DNA of 57,781 nucleotides, filler included, from Basidioascus undulatus (Eukaryota): assembly GCA_000826855.1 (NCBI GenBank). It is 4 parts of 4 records of this genome, joined end to end, with 100 filler letters (N's around TTAATTAATTAA, not from the genome) between each part and the next. Parts side by side here need not be neighbours in the genome. Positions count along the whole stretch, not along the records: positions 14,507 to 28,896 come from JTLS01000737.1; positions 28,997 to 43,347 come from JTLS01000738.1; 2 more parts are not named here. The stretch is one strand, 5' to 3'. Within the stretch, counting starts at the first letter, position 1. Each line of letters starts with the position of its first letter. Shown in pieces: positions 25,786-38,945 of the stretch. Under the pieces are notes generated by a model. That model searched no databases, was not told the origin of the DNA, and worked only from the letters and a program-made list of their open reading frames with translations. The position numbers and the translations under genes are program-made.

Positions 25786-26466
25786 ATGAGCCTTGCCATC
25801 CCACCCTCACCCACGCACCTCAGCTTCCGGCAACGGCGACCCTGTCCACTCTCAGATCTCCCAAACCGCACATACCCCCGCCGCACACGCAGCATCATCA
25901 TCACACCCACCTGCATGTCTTCCGATAACAAGCAACCGGCACCCACCACCCTCCGCCTCCCTCGCCGCCTTCCTCGCGTCAAGTTGCCCAACGTCAACTC
26001 TGCTGCCCTAGCGCCTTTCGGAATCCCAGCCAACATCCCCCCCGCGTTCGTGCTCGACACGCTCTCTACATCATCGTACCCGCTCCGGCGAACACACATA
26101 TTCTGTATCCGATCGTCGACGGCCAGCACAGATCGGCTCGACCTCCCGGTAGACGGCCTGCGCTTCGCAGCCGCCGCGTCATCCCTTCCCGTCCTCCCTC
26201 CCCCGCCGTCTCCGTGCTCATGGCTTCCAATGGTAGAAATCGTCGTCCCGGCACCCTCAGCCATGCCGTTGCTTGAGCGGCTCCTGGTGGGCGTACGCAT
26301 CCCCCCGCTGGAGGGCGGGCGCAAAGAGTGGATTCGCCGCGCGGGGGAGCTGCATGGCGTCTGGTCGAACTGCCTTTCTTTGGGAATTGGAAGCCCCTCT
26401 GTGTGGGCAGCTCTTGATGGCATGTGGACAGAGACACTGGTGGTTTTGGATGCTTTTAGGGGTTGA
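25786..26466 (+). CDS. clp1: Clp1 (clampless 1)-like protein, single exon, 226 aa
   Basis: Motif order fits the basidiomycete Clp1 family: LPRRLPRV..V...AL, THIFCI, LPVDGL.FAA..SSLP.LP, LPMVEIVVP.PSAMPLL, LHGVWSNCLSLGI.SP.VWAALD.MW. TATA-like TATAA at 25738-25742. Confidence 0.72.
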   Translation: MSLAIPPSPTHLSFRQRRPCPLSDLPNRTYPRRTRSIIITPTCMSSDNKQPAPTTLRLPRRLPRVKLPNVNSAALAPFGIPANIPPAFVLDTLSTSSYPLRRTHIFCIRSSTASTDRLDLPVDGLRFAAAASSLPVLPPPPSPCSWLPMVEIVVPAPSAMPLLERLLVGVRIPPLEGGRKEWIRRAGELHGVWSNCLSLGIGSPSVWAALDGMWTETLVVLDAFRG

Positions 26467-28301
26467 GGGCTTGCTTTCGCTTTCGGAGTGTGGACGCGTG
26501 CGATATTTGGGTGGACTCGGGGATATGTTGTAATGGGATCGGATGTCATACTGCCCTAATAAGTTTTGCTCTGAATACAACAGGAATGAATGGGAGCGGC
26601 CTGTACTGTTGGAAAGCGAACATAACGTGCAGGACGGATACTGCTCCTGCCAAGTTCTCATTTCTCGGGCAAGGACACCCTTTCTCTCCAGATTCCACTT
26701 CAACCGGTCCTCTGTAAGATCCATCATGCATTATCCAGCCGCTGTTCGACCGCTGAATGTCGCTGTCGTTAGCACAACAGGGTTGTGCATCCAATTGCCG
26801 GTGGACGCGACCGCCGAGAAAAAACTCGCTCGGTTCTCACCTCAGTCTTTTGCACCCATCCCAAACTCTCTTGAGTTCCTAGAACATTACACAACATACA
26901 CCGTGAACAGCACCTTGATGCCGAGGATTGCGTCTGCCGACTATGTCACCTGAGAAGTTGAATGCTGCCTCGCCGGCAGGGCGGTTGCAGTCTTCCTCGT
27001 TCTGAAACCCCACTCCTGATGGTCCGGTAAGCACTGCGCGGATGGACAGCTTGATTACCCATCACTGAAATTCACGGCGGACTGGAGTACATCGAAGGAA
27101 GAAAGAGGATTCGGCACTGTTAGCGGACGTCATGTGCGTTCAGTTTCTCAGCCGGAATATTTGAGAGTGAAAGTGATACATGCCATTCGTTTTCTTGTTT
27201 GTCATATATATGGGGCGCTGAACCTGATATGCGGGGTCGGCAGCAGCCTGCCAGCAGGTCGTGCACGCCCTTTTTGCACCGTCCACGGTGAGTGCTCACA
27301 CGTCAATAACAGTCCTAAGGCATCGCCATGTTGAGATAGTCTGAACCACTCGGTACCTTGCATATTGTGGTACTCGGCTTCCACGTCTACGATGCTTCGA
27401 ATGTTTACTGAGCTCAGTGCCTCACTCTCGCCGCGAGCGGCGACGGGTGAGGTGAAGGATCAGGAGAGCTTTAGTACTGAATACCTAGAGTTAGTACTCC
27501 TTTCCAAACCGTAATTGCTTGGATAGCACAGTGACAGCCGGGCTTGAAATTACGATGGGGATCATCACCCGTAAGACAGTCGCGCTCGGATGTTGGACGC
27601 TGGTGCTTATCATGGGTCTTCTGGTAGCACATCATGTCTATTGCTGTTGTAATTAACCCGAGTTTGTTTTTTTTGGGCTGTGCGCCTGCGTGTCTTTGAA
27701 GTTGTGTGCGATTGCAAGGTGAAAGTCTTCACGCTTGCTGTGCTGTTTCCTCGGGCGGTCGATCTTGAGTGTACCTGTGAGATGAGATTCCTGCCGGTCT
27801 AATTGGATTTGTCCATTTACTTGTTGCTTTGGACTATTCCTTATCACAACCATAACATGCTATAGCCGAATCGCAGACTGTGAACCTTCGGCAGCAGCAG
27901 GCCCTTGGCCATGATCCCATCACCCGGTCAGCCGCCCTCCATGCGAGCCAAATAGCCTTTCTCGATCAACACCTTCCCCTTCTTATCTGCGCCTCTTTCG
28001 GCAGTATTTCGAGTGAGTGTGCGGCTGTGTTGAAGCGTACGCAAGAGGGCGTACCCTGTCCGCCAACTGCGACCATTCGAGGGCCGGGTCGGATCACGTT
28101 GTTCCCCGGACTCAGCAGCGGGCGCAACTGCGAACGAGCTCGGGGCGTGTGCCCACGCTGCCAGCAACTGCGATTGTCTCTTGCCCTCAACCGCCACGCT
28201 CACACTCACGCTCACACTCGCACACGGCTACAAGAATCCAAAAAACGACACTACCGAATCAGCCATAGCAATATCCACCAGCAATCTACTAGTCGCCCCC
28301 G

Positions 28302-28896
28302 ATGTCCGACACCGCGGGCGACCCGCCCACTGAGTCCCCACCCGCCGCCAGCGAGGGTGTCGGCGCGGGCGCTGAGGTGCGCCTCTGTCCGCCCGCAACC
28401 ATCTCCTATGGGCATATCTAACAGAATAAACATCTCTCAGGTCCCGTCCAAGCCCGCCGCGCCGCCAGCGCCCAACAAGCCCATGTCCATCCGGGACCGC
28501 CTCGCGATGTTCGACAAGCCCGGCGGCGCAGCGCCCGCGCCTGCGCCCCGCCCGCCGCCTCCGACCGGCAGGAAACCGCTCTGGAAGCCCACTCCCGCAC
28601 CCTCCTCCTCCGACGCCGCATCCCCGTCCTCCGACGCCCCCGCGCCAGAGAAGTCCGCGTTCAGCGCTGCGGACGCTGCGTCCTCGATCGCGCGCCCGGG
28701 CGGCAGCTTGAAGGACCGCATGGCCGCGCTCCAGGGTGCGTTTTCCGCGGGGCAGGAGGAGAAGAAGGGGCCGCCGCCGAAGCCGGAGGGCGCGAAGCCA
28801 AGGGTGTGGAAGAGGCCGCCGCTCCCACCTCAGCCCGAGCCCACGGAGGGGGAGGCCGCGTCACCCGCAGCTACCCCCGCCGCCGCGCCCAAGCCC
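28302..28896 (+). CDS. Pro-rich actin-cortex protein (BBC1/AIM3-like), N-terminal part, cut by the contig end
   Basis: MSDTAGDPP..AE, intron 28377-28440, then VPSKP..SIRDRLAMFDKP..LWKP..SAADAASSI..GGSLKDRMAALQG. The paired SI/LRDR and SLKDRMAAL motifs recall basidiomycete BBC1-like proteins. Confidence 0.55.
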
Positions 28897-28996
28897 NNNN
28901 NNNNNNNNNNNNNNNNNNNNNNNNNNNNNNNNNNNNNNNNTTAATTAATTAANNNNNNNNNNNNNNNNNNNNNNNNNNNNNNNNNNNNNNNNNNNN
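28897..28996. other. Artificial contig-joining spacer
   Basis: N44 + TTAATTAATTAA + N44. Confidence 0.98.
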
Positions 28997-30775
28997 GCGC
29001 CCGCCGTTGAAGCTCCGTCGGCGGGCGTGCCCAATGGAGGAGGGCGAGCGCGACTGCGACTGCGAGTGCGAGGGAGAGCTCTCTTCCATGACTGCACTCG
29101 GGTCCAGCGTCCCCTGGAAGCCCTGCGGCGCGCTAGCACCGTACGACGTCGCTGCGCCGGAGTACGCCGCATGACGCGCGAGATCGTCCGCGGAGGGCCA
29201 CTGGAAGGGGGCGAGGGTGTGCGGGTTGAGGGACATCTGGGGGAAGGCGGAGGACTGAGACTGAGGCTGGAAGGCGGGGTCGGAGAGCTCCGGCGGGCGC
29301 TGATTGGACGGGTACGAGTCGGATTTGGAGCGCTGGCGCTGGGGCGGGAAGCGCGGGGCGTACGCGTGCGGCGGGGAGGGCGAGAGGTGAGGGTGCAGCG
29401 GGCTGGCCGCCGTGACGCCCGGTCCGAAGGAGGCGAACGAATGCGGGGGAGGCGAAGGATGATGCAGCTGTTGTTGCTGCTGTTGTTGCGAGTGCTGCTG
29501 GGTCGCGCCACTGAAGAACTCCTCGAATGCGGCGATGTCGTCCGCCTGACCGCCTGCGGGGCTGGAGTGCACCGAGGAAGAGAACGGCGAGCGCGGGAAC
29601 GACTCGCCAATGCTCGGCAGCGCCTGCTGCTGCTGTTGCTGCTGCTGTTGTTGGCTACCGCCCTCCGCCCGCTGGCCCACGATGCCCTTGATCGAGTGCT
29701 CCGCCTGCGTTGGCGTGCGAGCGATGGGCGTCGCTTCGATGAGGTTGATGTCCGGCGCTGCGAGCCCGCCTCCGCCGGGCGCGAGGGAGGGGATGGAGAG
29801 GCGGGGCTGTTGCGGCGGGGCGAGGAGGCTCGACGCCGCGTGGGACACGTGGTTGCTGCTGCTGGAGTCCGCTGCAGACCCGCCCTCGACCGTCGGCGGG
29901 CTGGGGTTGTCGATGGCGAAGAGGGGCGTGTCGTCGAAGGACGCGGCGGGGGCCACGACAGCAGGTGACGAGAAGCCGAGGTTCGACATGCCGTAGTCGT
30001 CTGTCGACCCGGGCGGGGCGATCCCGCCGTGGACGGAGGCGATGGAGGGCGAGCGCGAGCGGGAGGACTGGGAGGGCGGGGAGTATAACGAGTGCTGGGA
30101 CGTGAAGAGCGGCGTCGAGGACGGCGTCATGTGCGCCTGCGCCTGCTCGCCCGTCGCAGCGAGGAACGGGCTCGGGGGCACGTCGAAGCCGTGGAAGCCT
30201 GGCGCCGGGCTCGCCGGGCTCCGGCCGCCGCTCCCGCCCCAGATGTCCGAGCTGTCGAACGTGTCTTGCAGGTACGGCGTGCCCTGCACCGACCCGCTGT
30301 ACGAGCTGTACCCGTCCTCGCCTGGGTCGTACGCGGACTCGGCGTCGTCCCCGCCGGCGTGGGCGTAGGAGGAGCGCATGGCGGAGGGCGCGTGGTAGGA
30401 GCCGGCGTATGAGGGGGTGGGCGGGTTGTAGGAGGACGCGTAGGAGGAGGGCCCGGGGGAAGCGGAGTACGCGTGCGTCCAGGGGGCGGAGGGGTGGTGA
30501 GTCGAGTGGGGGGAGGTGCCTGAATGTCCAGTCCACATTTACCCATCGAGTCAGCGTCTCTTGACCGCACCAACCGAGTCTGGAGGAATGCAACACTCAC
30601 CTCGCATCTCTATCGGTTTGCTCGTCCCCGTGGGGCTGCCGGTGATGTCCATCGCGTACGACGGGCTGGGCTCAGCGGACGCCGCGCGCTCGCGCTTCTC
30701 GTCGTCGATGATGTTCTGGAGCATCGACAGCGTGTCGAGCGTGGGCTGCCGCGGCGGGGGCAGCTGCTCGAACAT
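28997..30775 (-). CDS. Ser/Pro/Gln-rich putative transcription factor, Crz1-like N-terminal region; C-terminus lost at the contig end
   Basis: ATG at 30775, one GTGAGT intron, then an open exon of about 500 codons with poly-Q runs, PxIxIT-like PDINLIEATP, RQRSKSDS and GHARRRS. Zinc fingers are not present in the window. Confidence 0.55.
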
Positions 30776-31600
30776 CTTCGTGGCTGTAGCGGGATCGCTC
30801 CGGGGTAGGGGGTGTGGAGTGTTGATCCAAGCTGTGCGAGGTAGGGAGATGGTGGACGTCAGGGTGTACTACGGACGAGCGGCACGGAGAACACAAATGT
30901 TCAGGCATACAAGACGACCTGGCGACTGGCGGCTCGACCTGTGTGGCAGCGGAGGCGCGGCGTTCCGGCAAAGGCCCTATCCGGAGCGCGCGGCGGGCAG
31001 AGGAAGGGACGGGGATAAAGTGGACGGCGGCGGCGACGGTGTCCAAACGGCGAGGAATTATGTGCGCCTTCGGAATGGGGAAAGACCAAGGCGGAATGAA
31101 GAATATTAATGAATCGCGGTGAGAGGACAAGGGGCTCGCGCGGGCGGGCACTTGGAGCGAGCCATCGAGTTGCAAGGTCTGCCCGGCCCCGACGACATGA
31201 GCCGCGTGGTCGCCCGAGCTAAACGGCGATTAGACTTCAGCCCAGGGCATAGCGCAGCTCGAGAATAATATGAAGTCTTGCAACGCTTTTCTACGCTCGA
31301 TCGCAAAGGGATATACTTGTTCAGCAGCATCAGCTACACAGCCTCCCCACCGGCAGCAACTGGCAGATCGGCACTCGCACTCCAACACGACGTCGAGCAC
31401 AGCCACCACGTTTGGCCACGCTCAGCGAGAAAGGTGAAAAGCAGATCGACATGCTCATCATCCTCCCTCGGCTCCATATATGGAACGCGTCTCAGATAGA
31501 CCGACGACACGCATGCAGCCACGCACTAAAGACGCTCTCTCGGCCGGCATGCCGAGCACCCACTCATTTCCGGTACCGAGGGAAGGCGTCGACCACGTTG

Positions 31601-31660
31601 ATCTGTGCACAATGCCCATGATCTGTGCACAATCCCCATGGTCTGTGCACAATGCCCAAG
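31601..31660. repeat. 3 x 20-bp tandem repeat with a TGTGCACA palindrome in each unit
   Basis: ATCTGTGCACAATGCCCATG / ATCTGTGCACAATCCCCATG / GTCTGTGCACAATGCCCAAG. Confidence 0.9.
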
Positions 31661-33574
31661 TATCAATGTGTTCTGAGCCTGACTTCACGTTTGGATGTGC
31701 ATCGCGGGTCGCATAGCTCGCTCCCGGTCGACAGACCACTGAGTTCTCGAGTCTCGGCATCCTTTTCCTCGGATTGTGCGCCCTTTCTGCTTCGATGCCA
31801 AATGCAACCGACTTGCGCTTGCACGCTTGAGCCCCCTACTCCCCACTTGCGTTACCGCCGGTAAGAGTTGTTGTCGGCACTCAGTTGTCTGCAACTTTAT
31901 GCATCGCTGAAGCAATGGCGAGGGACGTTACATTTCTTCCTTTGTTTCTGATACTTTCGCTGGACTTTCAACATATGCGTCGAAGTCATCTTCCAGATCC
32001 CTCCTCGCAGACGGCCGTGCGGGAAGGCGGAGATCTGACCCCATTAAGCATCGCGGCAACCCCCTTGCCCGCTTCCAGAAGATAGAAGAGGTTTGAACCC
32101 CTACCATAAGGGCTAAAGAAGCTTTTAAACAGGGCACAGCCGAACATGGGCTGTCATCTGCACAGCTGCCTTATAAGAAGCAGCTGCAGTCTCTAGGAAA
32201 CAGCCGATCAAAGAGACAGTCCAACTAGTGACAAAACAGTGAACTCGATGAATACCGGGTATCTTTCAAGCAGCGCTCATAATACCCGTCCACAAGCTGA
32301 TAGAGGACGCATATGCGGCCGGGTACACAAGGGTACAACACAACATCTCAATATGAAGTCTTTCAGCGCACCCCACAACCGGCCCATTACACATTCTCCA
32401 TTTCTCAGTGCTCTGCAAGTACCTAAGAGCAAAGAGGTTCTTTCAGCTACTGCATCGACGGCACCGCGCAGCGCGCAGGCGAACAGCTGCAAAGAGCCGG
32501 CCTGGAGACAGTTGACTCATGGGGAAGCACTTTCCCTTGTGAGATTGAGGAGCAAGCATAGCTCCCCCGCAAAAAGTGCCCGCTGCATACTGCACAACGC
32601 TTTAGGGTCGCAGCTCTCATCGCATTCCGGCAGCGGTGACGCGCTGTGGAAGCCGGAAAGACTGGGCGAGATCGAGCTTGGTTGGCTGGGTTGAGCAAGC
32701 CAGGAGGTATCTATGAAGACCGTGGAAAAGGGTTTCTTGATGGATGTCAAAGAGCGATCCGGTGCAGGGGCAGAGAGGTGAATATCACAGCACAAGGTCG
32801 GGGCTAGCGAGACGGGTTGTTGTTGCGAGACACCTCGTTCGCCGTTTTGGGGCATCCTTTGTAAGACACCATGACATATTTCCATATGGGACATCATACA
32901 CTTAAATTATGCCACGTCACGGGAATCACCCCGCCCCCCTTGTGCTGAGCTGCACTCGATGTGAGAAGCCATGTTTCATGATCGCTAACTACTGCAGCTT
33001 GGCGTTGGTTTTCTTGTCCGATATCCCAACACCACGCTTTTCTTGGATTTACTGAAGTCTTTTTATCAGTCATAAGCTGCTTTCGGGTCCCAGCTTCAGG
33101 CGCTGCGGCAGCGGCACTCGCGCTGTGGCATCTGGAAAGCCTCAGAGGGATCAATCTTGGTTGAAGTGGTCTAAATCAGAAAGCAGCGCTGTGATGAGGG
33201 TTTAGAACAATTTTTTTACAAGGAAATGTAGAGCAACTCAAACGAGCGGAAGTAAGGTGAAGATGAGAGTTGACCTGGGACTGCGTACTTGCCGGACGGG
33301 GAAACACCTTATTTGCTGTATCTGTCCCGTAGTAGAAAGCAAACAACCAATCTATTTCCACGACCTACCTCCAATGCCCAATGATCCAGGCTTATTGACA
33401 CCCTCCAGCTGGATGCAGTTCGTGCAAACAGCAGCGCAAGTTCGCGCAGTGGTACAGCTTGATAACGTCTGGACCACCAATTCACAACTTTCTCCTGAAC
33501 TTTCCAAGTTATTCCTTCCAGATAAGTCTGCACTAGGTCAGTTTGTTTCTCTGAATATCCTGGCTGGATCGAAG

Positions 33575-33632
33575 TTGATCACGGCTATCTTGGCCTGGAT
33601 TGCTTGATCACGGCTACCTTGGTCTGGATTGC
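33575..33632. repeat. 2 x 29-bp tandem duplication
   Basis: TTGATCACGGCTATCTTGGCCTGGATTGC / TTGATCACGGCTACCTTGGTCTGGATTGC, with two C/T differences. Confidence 0.85.
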
Positions 33633-34040
33633 TCACTGTAAGCTGGAGCTCAAATCTGTCTCCTTCACCTGAGCAAATCGAGGTCCTTGATGTAGAAAAC
33701 AGAATTCGGACTAAGATTTAAAGGCGCCCTGGTGGCATTTTGAGTGTTGCCATTTCTTCGGACTTCGACGCTCATCTCAGCAATTGACCTCCTTCTCCTA
33801 TTCGCTTCCAATCCACAACTGCGAGGCTTCAGGTAGGCTTATTTCTTGTTCTCGCAATGGATGCCGCACTTCAGGTCCGCTTATCCGAATCTCGGTGGTG
33901 CCAGATGCTCAGCACCGTCATATCTTGATCTTGCGTCCTCACACTCTTCCTCGTCCCCCTCGTAGACGTCACTCTCTGTGAGACTCTCTCGGCCCTCATT
34001 GAGCTGTGTGCTTACTGAATGATGGGAAGTCTACAGGATA

Positions 34041-36050
34041 ATTGGCGAACGCCACAGCTCTTTCTGATTGCCCGCATCCATCCGCGCACACCAGCCGGCA
34101 CGGGTGCACGCCCACCCCGCCCAAATACCGCTCGCTGTCTTGTTGCCATGCACCACCAGGTACGTGAGGGACACCCAAACAGCCCTACTACTCTTGCTCA
34201 CCTTCTGCTCCTTCCCCGCAGTGGCTCTACGGCCTCGAGGCCCTCGAAGCCGCACAGCGCTTTCTCGCGTCCGTCATGAACCCGACCAACGCGCTCGTCG
34301 TCGCGGCGGAGCTCTGCAGCGTGCAGGGCAAATACTACGCGTCCGACCGCTACACGCCCCGCGACTTGCTAGGCGAGCAGCTCGACGGGGGCGGGGACCC
34401 TGCCGAGAGAGAGAGGAGAGCCGAGGATGGAGCACGGCATGGTCAAGAAGCCGTGCCCGTACCTCTACGCTCCTGCACCTCGCGCTGCGTGCGGATTTGG
34501 ACGGAGGAGAGGCCAGCGATTCGGTCAACGTCTTGCCGGCCGGCATGGGGTAATACAAGGGGGTCAGCACACTCTTTCTCTTAGATACGCTCCCGATCAG
34601 AAGCTGACCTCAAGTTGGAACGGATAGGACAACACCCACGGTCCGCTGGAGGTTTTAGCGACAAACAAAGACATGCGCTGATGCGCCGTTGTTGTCCTTT
34701 TACAGGCATCTGCGTCTTCGATGTGACCGACCCGTTTCATCCGCAGTACTGATATGTAGTGCTCACAACAGCGTACGCGAAAAACGAGTACCACAAGGCG
34801 CCCGCCAACACGCCCCTCTCAGCGGAGGAGTACCTTCGCGCGTACTACCCGCTCGCTGACAGTTTCCCGGCGCCAGGAGACGAGCGCTTTTCGAGAGCTT
34901 TCCAGGCTACGAGCTTGTGGAGCGGTGGATGCTTGCTGAAGCTTGGCCCGGGGAGTATCTCATGCACGAGGCGCAGGCTTCGAGCGAAGGCACCGAGCCG
35001 CCGGGTGTCGAGTCGTTGCAAGAAACGGCGACGAGGCGCTTCATCAGTGGGCTTGCCTCCCGGGAGGTCTTCGACGAGGACAAGCTCGAAGTTTATGACA
35101 GCCCTGCCATGATCGTTGACGCTGCGCTCTATGCCCTTGCTCAGCAATCGTCACTCGTCGCCTGCGACTGTCGCTCTCGCGATGCTCGTCTCCCCGCAGC
35201 AGGGAGGCATCCTCGACCTCGCCCGGTTTCCTCTCAACGCCACTCAGGCTGTCGATATTGTCTCTACCTTCTCATTGCGCGTTGTGACGCTCAACCTCGC
35301 ACACAACCCGCATATCACAGCCTCGACTCTCTTCGCGCTCGAGCGCGTTCTTCCTCGTCTGCGCCGGCTCATGGTCATGGGATGCAGCAGCCTCTCAGCT
35401 GACGGTATCGACAACCTACGAGCCGAAGGGGACCTGCGGAGCATGGGGGTTATCTGGCATGACGAGCTCTGCGCACGCGCTTTCGACTTATGTCGTCGCA
35501 ACTGCGGCGCATACGGTGTCCGAAACGACCTCATGCGCCGAAACGACCTCACGCGGTACCCGTCCTCCCCACCCGCCTTTGTGCTTACTGTTTTCTGTCT
35601 GGGCGGCAGGGTGCAAGCCGAGCTCTTCGCTGTATGGCTCCCTCACTTTTGGACGACCTCGCTCGTTTCCGGCCTGGCCGACTATCTGAGCGCGCGGTAT
35701 CTCTAAAACACCCTTTTCACGCAGTGCTTTCGCGCACCAGACATTCGCCAAAGCTGCCTCTGTCGCCCATACGGCGTTCCAGCCTGCACGCGTTCTGTCG
35801 GTCATCCCCGACGAGCTGCCCACTGCGGAGCCGTCTTGCTGGACGCAACGGGCCCGTCTCCGCTACGACCTGAGTCCGCAGCTGGACGATTTGAAAATTA
35901 TCGTACCGCCGTTCCCGAAGCCTATCATGCGCAGCAGAGGAACAGGCCGTCCGGGCGCTGGGGGTTCGTGAGGAGGCGGGCGGCGACGAGAGCGCTTGAG
36001 GTCTACGACCGAGCGCTCTCTCGAGGAGCGGCCGATGTAGACCCTCGGTA
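34041..36050 (+). pseudogene. Pseudogene of an uncharacterised basidiomycete family with a C-terminal LRR/RNI-like region
   Basis: Ordered motifs QLFLIARI..CLVAMHHQ|WLYG, NPTNA.VV.AEL.SVQGKY, PCPYL, DNTHG|ICVFDVTDP..PQY, PLSAEEYLRAYYP, LAEAWPGEY and LNLAHNPHIT..LPRLRRLMVMGC. They are spread over shifting frames, with in-frame TGA at 34750-34752 and ATT at the expected start position. Confidence 0.7.
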
Positions 36051-38164
36051 GACCCTCGGTGGGTTAACGGCTTGAAGAATGCGCTGAAGCGTAAATTCGA
36101 GCTCATTCGCGAGGACCGGGCGGAGGAGATTTTGAATGTCGCTTACGCTGCTTGCCGTAGGCTGAGGCATGGGACGGTTCTGCTTGTGCGATACGGCTAT
36201 CATCTTCATGCATTTTGTCCTGCACCCTTGTAGCGCTTATGGCTTTGAGCGTCAGCCTTCAGGGTGAATCTCGAACCGTTCGTAGTTTGCGGGATGTCGT
36301 TTCAGCAGCTCGAGGTTTTCTCAACATACCGACTGCAAGATTTGACCTTCCTGGTGTAGTTATATCGGAATAGGTATGGGAGTATTGGCAGGCTTGCTTT
36401 GAAGGTAAATGGGCTGTCGGCCCATGCAACATCGAAGCTACACCAACGAGTACCGAAGCGAGTGCGCCTCGGCGCAGCATCCAAATCACAGACTCGTCAG
36501 CCCCTCTCGCATCAAAGTGTACATAGATTTTCATAGGTCGGACTGTAAGGCCTTATTCTCTAGTATGTTCCGGGAGGCTTGGAATACAAGGACAGCCTGC
36601 GAAGCTTTCGCAGACATGATTGAAAGGCGGTCGCCACACTCAGTCGTCCGCCGCCGCTGTCCGCAAGTTGGGCAAATCTTTGGTCTCATCGGCCCCTTTT
36701 CGATTGTCGTCTTTCGGTGATCTCCACGATTCATCACCCACCTCGTACGGTAAAGACATCCAGTGCATCAGCGTCAGAATGGTACAAAACCTCCGGACTC
36801 TTCATATGTTCATAGCATCTGCGATAGTGGGAATTCACCGTCAACCTGAAGCCAACATCAACATTACTCAGGTGTATGGTGCAAACCGTTGAATAAGGCG
36901 GTTCTGCGCCTGCGTCTTCGACCAGGAGGGGTGAAGCCTGCTATGCGTCAAGCTCAGAAGCACACGGCGTACGGCCCACTGGCCCGCAGAGTGTGGAAAG
37001 GCGACATGAAGGCGAAGTGGTATGACTGTGCCCGAGCCCGAGCGGGCGCCGTCGGTAAGAGCGATATTTCGGATGGCGAGGAGACGACGTAACTGTGCTG
37101 CAGGAAAGCGGTTTTGAAGCTTAACTGCCGTGCGGTGTGCTCGCGCTGTTTACCCGGATTGCTGGAAGACGCAACGGTCGCGCTCGCTCAGCGGTGACAA
37201 TAGTGAGTCCCCGCGTGCCCGTCTAAGCGGTTTATCGCTGCCCAAATATTCAGCCTTCATTTCGAAGTAGTGGAAACAGCTCCCCCCAAAGCATGCTTAG
37301 GGGCTGTCGGCGCAATATCTGCATCGCGTTCTATTCGGAGCGCCCACGAATACGCAGCAAAGGCTTCAGAAATCAAGTACTAGCGTGCAGAATCTCAGCC
37401 TCACCTCTTTGAAGCGTGAGGTAGCGAGATGGGTTGTCGAGTGTTGGGGTCATGTACAGTAGAGGTAGAGAACGAGAAAATCGGAAAGAGTTCGCTGACA
37501 CTTGTTGACACGCTGCTCTGATTCAACATCGCGCTGGACCGCATGCAGCACACGTCCGCAAGATCAACTACAGGTATCTGGTCGTCAATCATTGCATGCT
37601 CATCATCCCTGAAGCTTTCTGCTGGCTCCCCAAAGCTCTCCCACTCATCTGCGACTTTCTGTGCGCTAATCAGACCTTGACCTGGCTATTACGCTCCTGC
37701 CTGAGTGCAGCGGGTACATATCAGGTGCATACTGCCCGCGGAGTATTATCTACTTGAGCATGAATTACTTTGGATACCCCAGTCCGGTCTGCGTTTGACA
37801 GTTCCTCATCGTTACCGAACTCCACCCAAGTCACTTTCAGTCAGGCCGGTTTGTCTTCCTGCCTCCTCTATACCGAGGTACCTGTATCAGGGCATAGGGA
37901 GGACGTCCGGACCACACCACGTCTGCAAGCGGTATATTGCCTTTGCAACCATGCAAAGACTGCTGAGGAAGGACTGACGCTCGAAGCGGCATGTTTCTGC
38001 TTGGCAACGCAACAGCCTGAACCTCCCGGGCCACAGGGCTGCCTGCGAACGTATAAGAGATGGTGGTCCGTCTCCCATCTTAATTTCCCATATTTACATC
38101 TCTTCTCCTCTCCGTGCGGCCAGCTCTTCTCCTCTCCCTCCTGATCCCCTTTCATCTAGCCACC

Positions 38165-38945
38165 ATGCGTCTCACTCTTTCCATCATACTCGGTCGCAAA
38201 TGTCTGTCTTTGCGCCCAGGCGCTGAGCCCCAACACGGTCGCCCAGGTCTCCGCCACCGTACAGCTCTATGAGCCCGACTCGACAGTCTGAAGCGTTTTA
38301 ACCCCTGCTGACTCGGTAACAGTGGGGCTTATCACTGTGCCCATCTACCTCGACGTCCCCACCAACGGTGCTATTCAAGCGGTAAGTACATCTACGCATC
38401 TGGAAAGGATCTGGGATGTATGGTGGAATGTTGACCTACTTGTCGTGTGTTTCGCAGATTGCCAATGCAGCACGGGCGGTGTTGCTTGCCGTCGTCAAGA
38501 CGGGCTGTCTCCTAGCAACCCGGCCCAGTGCCTCTGTGCTGCACATTTGGGACTCTCTCGAAAGCGCCGTGGCATCGCGCGTCCGGGGTTGGGCCAGACG
38601 GTCTTGGTTGACAGTGGCCGTTTCACCTGCCCCTACGGAATCGCCACCTGCCAGGTCGAGGGTGCGGACAAGGAGGCCTACGAATGCATCGACGTGAGTT
38701 TCTCTTGCGCTCTACTTATTTCATAGGGATATAGCCAAATATCCACCTCCCTCAGACGCGGAACGAGCTCGAGTCGTGCGGTGGTTGCGCGAGCACCGGA
38801 ACTGGTGTCAACTGCCTATATTCCGGGCGTCGACAACTTCGGTGTCGAGTGCCGCAACTCATAGTACGTGGCTTCTCTCCATAATTTTCTGACCAACTCT
38901 AACATTCAATCTTGGTACCAGATGCCAGGTTTCGACTGACCATCA
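38165..38945 (+). pseudogene. CPL1/PriA-like secreted Cys-rich protein, probably pseudogenised
   Basis: MRLTLSIIL signal-like start, then CPYGIATCQV..AYECID|TRNELESCGGCASTGTGVNCL. A frameshift near 38818 is needed to reach IPGVDNFGVECRNS, and the last splice creates TAA before CQVS. Confidence 0.75.

Noticed and set aside
31601..33632. Tandem repeats as CRISPR-like arrays
   Set aside because: The units are contiguous with no spacers, there are no cas genes, and the context is eukaryotic.
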